Positions 26,441-39,635 of a DNA stretch of 64,000 nucleotides are shown in pieces. The stretch spans positions 96,660,001 through 96,724,000 of the forward strand of contig NC_086097.1 of the NCBI RefSeq assembly GCF_963921235.1, read 5' to 3'. Below the pieces are notes generated by a model. The model was not told where the DNA came from and did no database searches. It saw only the letters and a list, made by a program, of their open reading frames with translations. Position 1 is the first letter of the stretch, and each line of letters begins with the position of its first letter. The translations under genes and the position numbers were made by a program. The stretch is from Mobula hypostoma (taxonomy: Eukaryota).

Positions 26441-29400
26441 CTAAGAGCTTTTCATTTCAGAATACTGCAACATCTTATGGTGCTCAAGCATTAAATTCTA
26501 CCAGAGCAGATTGCATGCTCCTCCAAACATTCCATCACTGGTTCTGGAGTAATGCACCTGAGGTGAATAGGCAAGGCAAGAGAAGGGCAATAACATTTCA
26601 GGGAGCATCATCCCATGGTGGCCTCAGTGAAGATGGATGATGCAAGCTAAAGTCTGGGTTCAGGAGATTAATAATAGTTGCAGGCAAAGCTCCAAGTGAT
26701 TACAATTCAAGTATGTGCTTCACTGTAATGTTGGCACACTGATTAACTGCTGAATGCTTCACAGATGAATCTCACACGACTTCCCTGTCTGCACAATTCT
26801 AATAGATGTCCGCAGAGAAGCATCAGCAGTGGGAATAATAACTGATTTTTTTCATTCCCAAACTCAGGACGTTGTGAAATATTGTTGCAGGTTGGAACTC
26901 AAACCTGGAGTCATCTTCTTTGCGTCCCCTGCGAACCCACTGGAAAAACTCAGCTGCCATCAGGGAAGTCTGAGAGATGCAAATTATATACCTCAAAGTT
27001 CAGTGGTTGCATAGTTGGTAGGACATGACTCTGGGTCAAAGGCTGTTCTAGTTCCAGTCTTACTCCAAAACACATCATTTAGGCGACATTCCAGTTCAGT
27101 ATTGAGAAATTACATCATGTCTGTTTTACTTCAGTGTCACTTTTCCAGATCTCCCAATATCTAAAAATCAGTTGATCTGTGTTTTGGATATAGAGAACTG
27201 AGCCTCCAGGGTACAGAATTGCAAGGATCTGGTCCTCTCCAAGGCCTACCACTTACTCTGAATCTGAGATCCTTATTTTTTAGACATTCCAGTCAGGGGA
27301 AACAGCAACTCCGCATCTACCTTATCAGGCTCTAGTAAGAACAGTCTACTGTAATGAGATCCCCTCTCATTTTGCTAATATAAATTTAGACGAGTTAATC
27401 TCTTCTCATATGAAAAACCTGCCAGCCCAGGGGTCAATCTGGTGAAGCTTTGCTACATTCCTATTTCAAGCACGTATAAGTAGAACAGACTAGTGTATAG
27501 TTTGAGATGTAATCTCATCGTTGCCTTTTATACTCAAACCTTGTCACAGCAAAAGCCATATCCCATTTTCCAAATTGTCAAGCACTCCAGAGTCTGAAGT
27601 AATCCTACCTGGTATCCTGAACATCAGTTATTCCTCAACTATTGAGTTATATGGTCACTTTATGAAAGGCCTTGCTGTAAGCAAATGGATACTCAAGTTC
27701 CATGTATAGTAACACTGACTAATCTTCAGAATTATTCAGCACAGGCATTCTGAGATCACGAAAGACACTGTCAAGCTTTTGTTTTGAGAAGCAATTTTAT
27801 AACAATACAGGTAAATTGGCCTCTTCTGAAATTGTTTGAAAGAATAAATGGCAAGATATTTTGACCAGCAGGATGTCATTTAAGGAGATATTTGGAAAGA
27901 TGTAACCAATGAAATTATGAACTGAAGTGAATAGGAAGTGATCTGGTTCACTGGTTATATGAGCTGATCGTTATAAGTGCACACTTCTCACTTGACATGC
28001 ATAGTCTATACTTTTAAGCAAGACTGACAGATACTGTTTTATTTCTTGGCCAAGTATCCTTGAAAGGCACCATGGAAAGAATTATTTTGGAAATTGTTTC
28101 CATGTCACAGTGTACCCCTTACATCTTTGTGAAGATTCTGTAATGACTGGGCTGAGAAATTCTTAAAAAAAAACCCGATGGACTAAATTTAACCACTTAC
28201 AGAAACAAATTCCTGAAATAATGCTGGCTCATCAATACAAGATGAGCTGATTGCTCAGTCTGGCAGCCTGACATATCAACTTCAGCCGGCAGGCATGTTC
28301 TCTGAAATAAGTTATTTCAAATCCCAAGTAAGAAAGCCAATCTAATCCCATTCTGCATCCTGCATCTTGCTGTCTCCTAAACCACCAGTCCCACACACTG
28401 TATGCTTAATTACTGGAGTATTTCCTTCCCAAACCAAAGAACAAACCCCAGGGAATACCGTAGGTTCGATGTGCGTTAGTCAGTGACTGTAAGGAGTAAA
28501 CCAACTTAACTCCTTGCATCCCTCCTGAATCATTGGATTTAATTTTGCCTTGAGCGGCTGACTAACCAATTGTATTGGCACCAAGCAGCATATCCATCCT
28601 TTTTGTGTAAATATGGCAACATCGGGGGGGGGGGTGAATTTAAAAACAGCAATGTTGACTTTAAAAAAAAATCGAGATTATCGTGCTTATACCATATACT
28701 TGAAGTTGCTTACCACCATTGATCAACTGCAGAAATACACTACTGGAAGGCATGCCAGTAAATAGCTCCCAGGTAGTTCATAAGCATAATGAAAAATGAT
28801 TGATGGTTAAGTGTAACGGCATAACTGTAAGCTCACATAGAGATTAGCATGACAGCTGTACAGCAACCTGAGTTTCTCCCTTGCAGTTCACAATGTAACC
28901 AGAAACTCCAGGCAAAATGACTGCCCTGTAATCACTTCCAGCTTTCAATTACTCTCTAAAGGCTTTATACCAGCACATGGGAAATACAAGGTCTGTTTTG
29001 AGTAATGGATTTGTAGGCCTCACTGAAAACTTAAGTAACTCCAAATGCAATCACACAGTATGAGTGGAACAAAAACAGGATGAGAAGCATTTACCTCAAC
29101 TGTTCTGGTTGCTTATATTTTAGTTGGTGATGTTGTGTTACTTACTCGAACCTACTCAACTTGCAGAACACAGCAGTTCCACCCCCCACCTTGGCTAACG
29201 ATTGGGAGGCAGACAATAATAACTTGGCAACACCACTACCTCCATTATGAGTTTTCCTGTCTCACTTGTAGGGGTATGGCCTATCCTTCTCCTGGCCTGT
29301 CTTTACTTACTGCTAATCAGATTAGGGGGTGGAAGAGGAAGCAATGAGATTGCTTCTGGGCATAAACATTAGACAGCCAAAATCAAACACCATCAAATCA

Positions 29401-29769
29401 GATTGGCAGATTATTTTTGTAGTCAAGACTTAACTCTCAGCCAAATCTCCATTATCTTCATTCTCTGGCTGTTCTTATTTAACATGTTAATGAGCGCTTT
29501 ATCATTTACTGCTGCTATGATCCTGTGATGGTTTTCTCTTTCACTTGCTTCTTTAAGCTAAATATTATTTCTCAACAACTCTTAAATTTCCTGCAACAAA
29601 AGCATCTCTTCTTCAGCTTGGTTCAAGTCACAGCCTCCAGCCAGCAAGGCCTCAGCCTGCTATCCAATGTAATATTGAAAAATTTCTGGAGATACTGTCT
29701 CATGGATGAAGCATGAATTTAAGATCAGATATTTGCCTCAAACATCCCAAGAACAGTAGTGAGTTCTGC

Positions 29770-30135
29770 AGGATTGAACTAAGTTGCAGAGCATTGCAAA
29801 ATTAGACAGCTCCATCATGGGCACTAGCTTCCGTGGTATCCAGGACACCTGCAAGGAACAATGCCTCAAAAAGGCAGCATCCATCATTAAAGACCCCAAT
29901 CATCCAGGTCATGCCTTCTTCTCATTGCTACCAACAGGAAGGATGTACAGAAGCCGGAAGGCACACACTCAACAATTCAGGAACAGCTTCTTCCTCTCTG
30001 CCATCCAATTTCTGAATGGACATTAAACCCATGAACCCTACCTCATTACTTCTTTATTTCTGCATTGTACTGCTGCCACAAAAGTTAACAAATTTCACGA
30101 TATATGCTAGTGATATTAAACCTGATTCTGATTCT
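29770..30135 (+). mobile_element. Rex1-type LINE 3' end
   Basis: Peptide CLKKAASIIKDPNHPGHAFFSLLPTGR..FRNSFFLSAIQFLN; tail attaaacctgattctgattct. Confidence 0.82.
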
Positions 30136-31475
30136 TCCGAAGTCTTAGTCAAACTTCCTTCCTTAACAACCCACATACAAACAGCAGGCACGGTAATTCT
30201 AACTTTAGTTGGATCATATGTGTAAACTGACCACTATTTTGCCCTGCCCAAGACATTACTACATTCTATGTTTTTGTACACAGTGACCAGGTCCTATTAT
30301 AATAAGATCCTTTCTTTCTAACTGATAGCATCTCTCATAGGAAACTGATTTCAGCAACTCTAGATTAAGATGTTTTATATTGCTGATCACCATCAGGTTT
30401 CATCCTTCTTCAGAAAACATATTTCATTCATAGATTATTAAAATAACAAGACTACTATTCGTGCACAGGTCAGCTGAATTCTTTGTGTGAGGGAAGGCTT
30501 TCACTCAGCTGGTTTCTCCTATTCTCATCTCTCTCCGAGGGCAAAGAATCTCTGGAATTCTCCCTCCCAAGAGTGGTGGAGACAAGATCATTGGATATGT
30601 TTAAGATGGGGTTAGATAAATATTTGAAAGACTGAGGAGTTGAGAGCTATAGTGAACTGGCACAGATGAGCAGAGGGGCATTGAGGCCATACTGAATGAT
30701 AGAGCAGGCTTCAGTGACCTCATAGAGGCTTACTCCTACTTTCTCGTGGTTTAATGTTCTTGACTTTGTGTTGTATTCCTGTCATGCTGCCTGCATTTTA
30801 TGGGGAAATACAGAACACACCAAAATTAAACCAACCTTCTTGATACTATAGAAGAAACCAGAAGCACTACACACAGGGATGGAGAGACAAGGAAAAGATT
30901 ATGTTTATTGCCCTTTCACAACAGTTCTCGAGCTGAGGCAGTTAACCATGGCAGTAGGCCCAGTCACATATGCACCACATTGTGTAAGGTGGTGGACTTC
31001 ATTCTCTGAAGGAGATTGAATTAGTTAATTTTTTTTAAAACAACGATCTGTTAATTCCATGGTGAACATCACTGAAACTAGCCTGTTCTTTGAAGACCAG
31101 ATTTGTTTAATTAATTGGATTTAAATTCCCCAGATGTTGTGGTGTGATTTGAGCTCATCTTTGGATCAATGGTCCAGGACTAATGATGCCAGTCCAAAAA
31201 CGTAACCTCCATGCCTCTGTACCCGTACTTGATGTATTCATAAGTTGAATTCAAAATTCAAAGTAAATATATTATCAAAGTACATGCATGTCACCATATA
31301 CTACCCTGAGATTCATCTTCCTGCAGGCATTCACAGTAAATACAAAGAAGCACAATAGAATCAATGAAACACCATACAGAACAAGATGGGTAAAAAAAAT
31401 CAACGTGCAAAAGACATCAAACTGTGCAAGTATAAAAAGAACAACATAAATAAGCAATATTTATTATTTTTATTA

Positions 31476-31518
31476 TACAGTACTATGCAAAAGTCTAAGA
31501 CTTTTGGATAGTACTGTA
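31476..31518. mobile_element. Collapsed Tc1/mariner-like palindrome (TA-CAGTACT...AGTACTG-TA)
   Basis: tacagtactatgcaaaagtctaagacttttggatagtactgta: two abutting inverted termini flanked by TA. Confidence 0.6.
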
Positions 31519-31859
31519 TTTGTCAACGTGCAGCTGAGTGTGAGTTTATAAATCTGGCAGGAGCAAAGGATATTGGGAATGGCAAGGGTGGATGCCGTGG
31601 GAGGGGAGTAGGACAGGTGACAGAGGAGTGGCAGGGGTGAGGAGTGGTGTGGGTGCAGGCACACCCAGCCCCGAGACACCAGCAAGGTCATTTGATTCCA
31701 AACGATTGGTTTATTGATCATTGCAGAATGTCTCTCTGGTGCTTCCTGCTCCCTCCCCCTTTCCCACTCTCAGTCCACAATAGAGACTCAAATCAAAAAC
31801 AAGTTTATCACTCACATGTGTCATGAAATTTGGTTTTTGATAACATCGAAGAATTTGAA

Positions 31860-32270
31860 TTTGCTGACTCTCTCCAGCTCTGATCCCCTGATGAGGACAG
31901 GCTCATGGATTTCCAGTTTCCTCTTCCTATAGTCAATAATCAGCTCTTTGGTTTTGCTGAAATTGAGTGAGAAGTTGTTGTGGCACTATTCAGTGTGTAA
32001 TAAATTTACATCATCCTACGCGCTGATTCATCACCATCTTTGATTCAGCCTTCAACAGCAGTGTCGCTAGCAAACGTAAATATGGCATTGGACCTATACT
32101 TAGCCACACAGTCATATCTATAAAACAAGTAGAGCAGGGTGTTAAGCTCACAGCCTTGCAGTTCACCTGGGCTGATGGTGATTGTGGAGGAGATGTTGCT
32201 ACCAATCTGAACCGACTAAGGTTTGCAAGTGAAGAAATCGAGGATCCAATTGCACAAGGAGGTATAAGGA
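31860..32270 (-). mobile_element. Rex1-type RT fragment
   Basis: Similar to other copies (gattcatcaccatctttgatt..., ggatccaattgcacaagg). Confidence 0.7.
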
Positions 32271-32766
32271 ATTATGTATGTTCTTGTGGGTTCAGATGTG
32301 GTAGAAGCTTTGGGGAAATTGGATCAAACATTTTTACATTAGCAACTGAAGTGGGTTGTGACAGAAAGTCACTTAAAAAAACTAATTATTACGAGATGCA
32401 AATGGTCTACTTTGGGGGTCAGTTGTTGCATAGTTGGAAATACTCTTGACTCTAGGTCAAAGTTGTGGGTTCTAATTTCAGCCTTACTCTTGAACACATA
32501 ATTTAGCTTAACATTCCAGTTCGGTATTGAGGAATCACCACATGATGGCTGATTTACCTCCATGCCACTTTGCTGCACGAAACTCATATCTCCCAATATC
32601 TAAAATCTGTTGATCTGTGACCTGAATGAGGCTTTAGGCAAAAATAGTACAAGAATTGTATCATCTAGGTGTAGGGGAACAATTTTTTTCTCATTTCTAC
32701 CCTCGAAGTCTAAACCACTATTTTGAGACTTCTACTTCTAGATATTCCCATCGGGGAAGTATCAAC

Positions 32767-32984
32767 ATACATCAAAGTTGCTGGTGAACGCAGCAGGCCA
32801 AGCAGCATCTATAGGAAGAGGCGCAGTCGACGTTTCAGGCCGAGACCCTTCGTCAGGAAGAAGGGTCTCGGCCTGAAACGTCGACTGTGCCTCTTCCTAT
32901 AGATGCTGCTTGGCTTGCTGCGTTCACCAGCAACTTTGATGTACGTTGCTTGAATTTCCAGCATCTGCAGAATTCCTGTTGTTT
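32767..32984. mobile_element. Young Penelope insertion made only of two inverted terminal repeats; 14-bp TSD
   Basis: ggggaagtatcaac at 32753-32766 and 32985-32998; inverted arms 32768-32851 and 32860-32943. Confidence 0.85.
32824..32858 (-). ncRNA. Minimal hammerhead core, 5' strand of stem I truncated by inversion
   Basis: Reverse complement reads UC CUGACGA AGG-GUCUCGG-CCU GAAAC GUC GACUG. Confidence 0.6.
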
Positions 32985-33926
32985 GGGGAAGTATCAACTC
33001 CACATTTACCCTATCAAGCTCTGTTTCAGTGAAATCCCCTCTCTGGATTTATATCTCAGAATTGCTGAACTCTGGAGTACAAATCTAGACTACTTAATCT
33101 CTCTGAACATGACCAACCTGCTAACCATATCAGTAATAGTTATTAATAATAAAAAATATTTTAAATGATCAAAAATTAATAACTTTAACATTAAGAGATA
33201 TTTTAAGATCTCAGGATAAATATTTTTTGAAAAAATTAGGTTGTGTAAGAAATTGACCAGGGTGTTGTCTGGATCGGAACATTTCAGTTATAAGGAGAGA
33301 TCGGTTGAGTGTTGAGAAAGAAACTGATGGCGATGTGATAGAGGGATACAAGTTTATGCAAGGAACAGACGGGCAACAAAGAATCTTTTACTTACACTGA
33401 AAGTGTTAAAGACAGCATATGCTTAAGATAAGCAGTAGAGGTTTAGAGGGGATATGAGGAAGAATTATTTTCACACAGAGCTTGGAATCTGGAATGCACT
33501 GCATAATGATGTAATGGAAACAGATCTCTCAACATTTAAGAAACACATAGATAAGCACACTAATTGCCAAAGCACAGATGGTTATGAATGTAATGTGGGG
33601 AAATACAATATAGTATAATAAAGCAATAGGGTGGCGGGGGAGTACATGATGTTTTGGGTCAAAACCTTGCTATCAGGACTCCCCTCACCCACTGTAACCT
33701 CACCCCCTCGAAATGTATAGCAATCCATTCACTATGCACTGATCTCAATACTATCTTTTTTCATAACAGAAGTTGATTGTGATGTGATTGATGGATTAGG
33801 GAACACTATTTGTATTGAGCAGGCTGAATTGGTTATAGCACAAACACAAATGGACTAACTTGTGCTCTGAAGGCATCTACAATCTGTTGCGTTATGGCAC
33901 ATCTTTCTATTAAATTTCTAAGGAAC

Positions 33927-34250
33927 AGGATTAGCTCTATTTATCCATCGTACATTGACACATACAGTGAAATGCGCCATTTGCGTCAATGACCAATAAA
34001 GTCTGAATACATGCTGGCAGCAGCCAGTACATGTTGTCATGCTTCCGGTGCTACCTAGTATGCCCCCAATTTACTAGCCCTTCCACATGTTTTTGGAATG
34101 TGGGAGGAAACCGGAGTACCTGGAGGAAAACAACACAGTCACGGGGAGAACATACAAGCTCCTTACAGATGGCAATGGGAATTGCACACCGGTCACTGAT
34201 AGCTGGGGCTATAATAGTGTTAAGTTAACCACTACACTACCATGCTGCCC
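33927..34250 (-). mobile_element. tRNA-derived SINE (HE1/V-SINE-like)
   Basis: Core tgtgggaggaaaccggagtacctggaggaaa..gtcacggggagaacatacaagctcc; tRNA-like head at ~34170-34250 (reverse complement begins gggcagcatggtagtgtagtggttaac). Related fragments at ~10860-11050, 37945-38130 and 54600-54730. Confidence 0.75.
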
Positions 34251-37200
34251 TAACTATATTCTTTTAGCAGAATTATTTATAAGACATAATAGCAATTAAT
34301 ATAGATGGGTGCATAGTTCAATTTGGGCATGGAGGGAGCCTGTTCTTACGCTGTATAACTCTGACTCTAAGAGCTAACATAAATGAGACAGGTTTATGAA
34401 GTTTCCTGAATTTTACGCAAGGTGATAAGATTCCAAACCAAACTAGCCTATAAGTACTTCATATATACATTATTTAGGGAAAATTAGTCCAGTTAGGTCT
34501 CACAGTGAGAGAAGTCAGCAGCTAAGCTTTTTTTTGTGGTTCCAACTGAGATGTTTAAGAACTCTTTAACTCTTTGGAATTTTCCACTTTAGGAACATTC
34601 CACATCTGTGAGAAATGACACTTTAATAGTTGGTATGTTAGCATTTCTGATAATGCAGCACATCTATGCTTCAACTATTGACTAAGATGTGGTTTTAAAA
34701 TGAGAACTGGTAACATGCGGGCTTCATTATCCTCATTATCCTCATTATTTCTCTGCCTCCAATCACACATCACCTGAAAAATACATTTAGACCATTAACT
34801 AGTTTTACATATTTAACTAGTGAACATGCCTGTGTTCTGGATATGCCCTTGCACTGAAGGGGGGGGGGGCAAATCTTGACAGTGATTCATCCCCTTGAAC
34901 CAGCCTTAACCCAGAGATGCTGAAAGCAATGGTCCGATCCTTTGCTGATATCACCTCATTTGGCATTGAATTGAGATTGAGCATGAACTGTAGAGGCTTA
35001 GTTGAAAAGGAACAGAAGCATTCAGAGACCAGCTGTAAAATTCAATGAAAACCTCTGTGTCTTTTGCCCCAGTTCAGGAATCATTTTTTTAACATATAAA
35101 TCAAAAGACTGCTGAAAAGATAAGATATCCTGCACAGAGGATACTTGCGAAAGAAAAACACACCAAGATCTGAATTTCCAGTTCCCACTGTGAAACTGCC
35201 TCATTCCCACAATTCATCAACTTCAAAAATAATAAACAAAAAAAGAAAAATCAATATTTATTGTTGAACTGATTTCTTCAGAATTTTTTTTAAATGGATG
35301 GACAAGTAACTCACAGGGGAGCAATTCTATCATATTCTGCCAGCTCAGCTCAAGTTTTTGTTGCTTTCTGTCCAGTTCTGGTTGCTGTGGAATTTTCCCT
35401 TTATTTTTCCAGTAATCATCTTCCCCTCATTCTTTTGCAATGGCTGTGTGTGAACTACTGCGTGTGAGCTTAAGTGTTCTCAGCAATGCTTTCCAAATAA
35501 CCTGGACCAGTCAGGTTACTGATGTGTGCACATCTTTTCCCTGGTCCCCACTCCAGCAGAGGGTGGGCTCAATCCTATGGGAAGTGGGAGTTGCTCTACT
35601 TTGGTTCAACGATGCACCCCATGTGCAATTCGGCACTGGAAGAACCCAACAATTACTCATCGGTAGCATGTTAACAGCATCCAAGACTAGCTCCTAGGGG
35701 GTCATGCACAAGCAAACCAAAAAAAATTACACCTTGTCAAAGGGAGGCAAAGTCAACTGCAGCATCTCAGAAGCTGGTAGGATTGATGATACTGGTTAAC
35801 CCATTTATCACAATGAACACAGGATCATCTCAACTTCTCACTGAGCTTCTATCTATGAGATCACTATGGACACTGTTACTTCCTCTTAAGATATACTCTT
35901 TTATTGACGTTTGTTGAATAATTGTTGGCAGGATCTGGACTTCAAGCAAAAATTAAGTTCCACAGCAAAGATGCCGTAAAGGAGTTATAATTGGTTTGTG
36001 GGAAATGGCAGGTTTATCAGGCAACCTCTCTGTCATTATTTCTGGCCTTGGAAGTCTTCCCATCATTCTGGCTGCAAGGTATTTGAGTGTGGTGCTGAGG
36101 GCTACAAACAAGGGATCTTAGTAAGTAGAGAATACCTTTCTTCAAATGCTGTTTCCATTTTAATTGATTGTAGGGGTGGGTAGCAAGGAGGGCAGGGAGT
36201 TAAGAGAGAGAAAGGAAGAGGAAGCATTTTCTCTGGAAGATAAAGAATACATTGCATTCAGATTAAGACCTCTCTACAAGTGACTGAAGGATTCCACACT
36301 CTCCTGTGGTCCCCATGTTCCCTTATGCAAAGGTAAAGGGACCACTTTTGCAACAGACCATGGCACAGCTTGATGAAAGGCAGAACGGCTATTTGCTAAT
36401 ATTCAGATTCAGCTGGAGCAATCTTCTAACTTGACTGCACTTTAGATTTCTGGCAGAAATGTTATTTCTTTGCCATGAAAAATATACCAGATTTTATATC
36501 TTGAAATAAATGCACAAGAAGGAAAGAAAGCTCCCCTTGTACAAGTGGCACTAAAAAGAGACATGCACATATTGTACCTATCAGGATGCCTTTGACTTAC
36601 CCTATACTTTACAGGAGTGTATTTAAGATTTTAAAATGAAGATTGAATTAAGATACAGCTCTTCCCACATTTAACAGAATGTTTTTTTACCTCAGCTGTG
36701 AGTAATTTATTCTCCAAAATCCATCAGTGACAATTTTTATTTTGGTGCAAGCTTCAGTTATTATTCAATGTATGTAGAAACAAAATCACCAGTACAAATC
36801 TCCACTCATAGACTAGCATGGGAAATATTTAAAAGTGGCTCGCGATAAAGTTGCTTTGAGAAGGCAGCATGTTACTGATGGCCACTGCATTTTTCCCCCC
36901 TTTGGCATGCAAACCTACAGCTGGAAACGTTTAGTAAATTTGTCAGTAACACTTTGGCAGCAATGGCTGGAGTTTCTAGTATTAAGAACAAATCAAACCC
37001 CAGAGATTAAATTTCTGGCAGCAACACTTCATATTGCACTCAGCATTTGGTCTCAGCTGAGGGTACAGGAACCTTCAGAAAATGACACGGATTAGTTGCA
37101 ACAATGCTTGCAGTTACCACTAACATAAGACAATAATGGTGCTTAATCACAAGAGGGTCTTTAATCTAAATAAATTAGAATAAGAGTAGTTGTATTTCAG

Positions 37201-38775
37201 GGTTTTGAGAATTTCTTTTACCTCACACAAAGGATTGAAATAATGAGTTACTTTCAATATTACACTGCAGGAAAATTAGTACATACTCAGAATCAGAATC
37301 AGGTTTAATATCACCGGCATAGGTCGTGAAATTTGTTAACTTTGCAGCTGCAGTACGATGCAATACATGATAATAGAGAAAAAAAAGTAGTCAAGTAGTG
37401 TTCATGCATTCTGGTAAAAAGTATTTTATCTCAGAGATTAAGTAATAAATTATTTACCAGGTTAGCAACACATGCAAAGAGCATCTTAAAACTTAAGAAG
37501 CACATCATAACCACTAAGTCAGAAATTAATTTCACCCACATAGCAGTACGGGGCAAAATAAATATAAAGAGAAAGTTAAAGAGGATCCAGAGATGCTGGA
37601 AATCTGAAATACATATGGAACACGCTGGAAGTACTCAATATTCTGTAGAAAGAGAAACAAGGGCCTTTGACCAGAAATGTTAACCCTGTTACTCTTTCCA
37701 CAGAGGTCACTTTAGCTGCTGCGTGTTTTTAGCATGTTTGGTTTTTATTAAAACTCAGAAGTGTTTAAAAAAATGTTTGAGCTAAGAGGCAGGCAGTAGG
37801 GGGAAAAATAGCAAGGACTTTAGCTGAGGAGAGAGATACTGGAGAACATTTGATGCAAGACAGCAGACCAAGTGTGGAAATGTGATGTAAAGTAAAGCAA
37901 CTTAACTATGCCCATCAATTAAGGCCAACTTGGCAGATGTTTTTAAATTATTGAGATACTGCATGGAATAGGTCCTTCCAGCTACCCAGCAACCTTAGGT
38001 TAGTCACAGGACAATTTACAATGACCAATTAACCCAACAATCAGTATGCCTTTTGGACTGTGGGAGGAAACTGCAGTACCTGTACGAAACCCACCCGGTC
38101 ATGGGGAAAATGTACAAACTCCTTTATACTCTGGTGGGTCAGAGTATAATGACATGTAAAATATGTAAGTACCTGAGGGAGGGATATCATATTGGATTCT
38201 AGGATTCTGCTTATTACAAGTAAATAAAGGGTAGTCGGAGTCAAATTCTATAAAAAATCCTCAGGTTCATTTACAGGACTAACTGACACCAGTGAAATAA
38301 GCAGGTTACCTAAAGAAAACCAGAATCTGAAAGAGATTCACTGAAGCAAACACTATTGCTATATACAGAATAAGGTAACTAGAACTTCAAGTCCATGCCA
38401 GACTATGGCATATTATTCCAAGTAATTAGTAATTAAAGATTACAACTTTTCAAAATACCGTGGACTCCAGTTAATTGGGACTCACTGGGACCAGCACACT
38501 TTGGTCCAATCAAGTGGCTACCCCAATTAGCCGAAGTTTCACGGAAATAGTTAAAAAGTATAAAAAAGACAAACTACCATTTAACTGAGTGACAAATTAT
38601 CTATTTAAATGAAATACAGAATAAATTAGAACATTACCAATACTACTACAGTACTATAAAACTGTGTACATGTTCCTAATAGATATCAATAGAGGCATTC
38701 ATCCAGTGTATGCTGTCTTGTTCTTTTTACTGACTGTAAATGAACGAAATTAGTGCAGATACCTCATGTAGATCA

Positions 38776-39635
38776 CACTGGACAACAAAGATTTGGTTTC
38801 CTGAGTACTTTTGGGTCTATTTTATGGATTTATGAAAATCACCATGAAATTTCCCTATCATGCATCATTTTTTTGAAATCGCCTATAATTTTTATTTCAA
38901 TTTGCAATTCAAGTCAGAATAGCTAATGCCAAGATTAAGGAAGGCATTCTTGCTGGTCCACAAATCAAACAGGTCATCAATGGCAGGCAATTTGAAGAAT
39001 CTCTCGTAGGACCTGAGAAAAATCGCATGTTGTTGAAAATTTTCTTGGCAATTACAGAGCACCAAACTACTTGCAGCTGGTTGACAACATGCTTCAAGCA
39101 TACAAAACCATGAAATGCAACATGCCACTAAAGATTCATTTTCTGCATTTCCATTTAGATTTTTCTCCTGTAAATCTTGGCACTCTCAGTGACGAGCATG
39201 ATGAAAGGTTTCACTAGAATATTGAGATCATGGGGAAACGGTATCAGGGCAACTGGAATCCATTAATGTTGGCAGATCAACACACACAACATGCTGGAGG
39301 AACTCAGCAGACACAAAACGTGTGTGTTGCTTGGATTTCCGGCATCCGTAGACTTTCCTTTGTTAATGCTGGCTGATTATTGTAGCCACTTAAGCGAGGA
39401 GCCTTAGACACTCATCAACAAAACATGTTTAGCTTAGCTGAACAATTACAAATTGTCAGCATTATTATGCAATTAAACACATTATATTCAACTAAAGTTA
39501 ACTTCTTGTTTCTCCAAATTTCTGCATGATACAAGTAATCTGAAATTATATTTGGGTTCAGCTTCAAGCAGTCTATCATAAACATAACAAAATTACTGAC
39601 TGAAGCGACACTTTCAAAAAAACTGTTGTCCAGTG
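38776..39635 (+). mobile_element. Chapaev3 (CMC superfamily)-like DNA transposon, internally deleted
   Basis: 12-bp perfect TIR cactggacaaca/tgttgtccagtg; 3-bp flanks TCA/TAA. Transposase C-terminus AKIKEGILAGPQIK...FLGNYRAPNY...KIHFLHFHLDFSPVNLGTLSDEHDERFH*..KRYQGNW. Confidence 0.78.
39278..39362. mobile_element. 85-bp Penelope terminal-repeat micro-insertion with ~15-bp TSD
   Basis: ttaatgttggcagat (39263-39277) and ttaatgctggctgat (39363-39377) duplicate a piece of the transposase frame. Confidence 0.72.
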
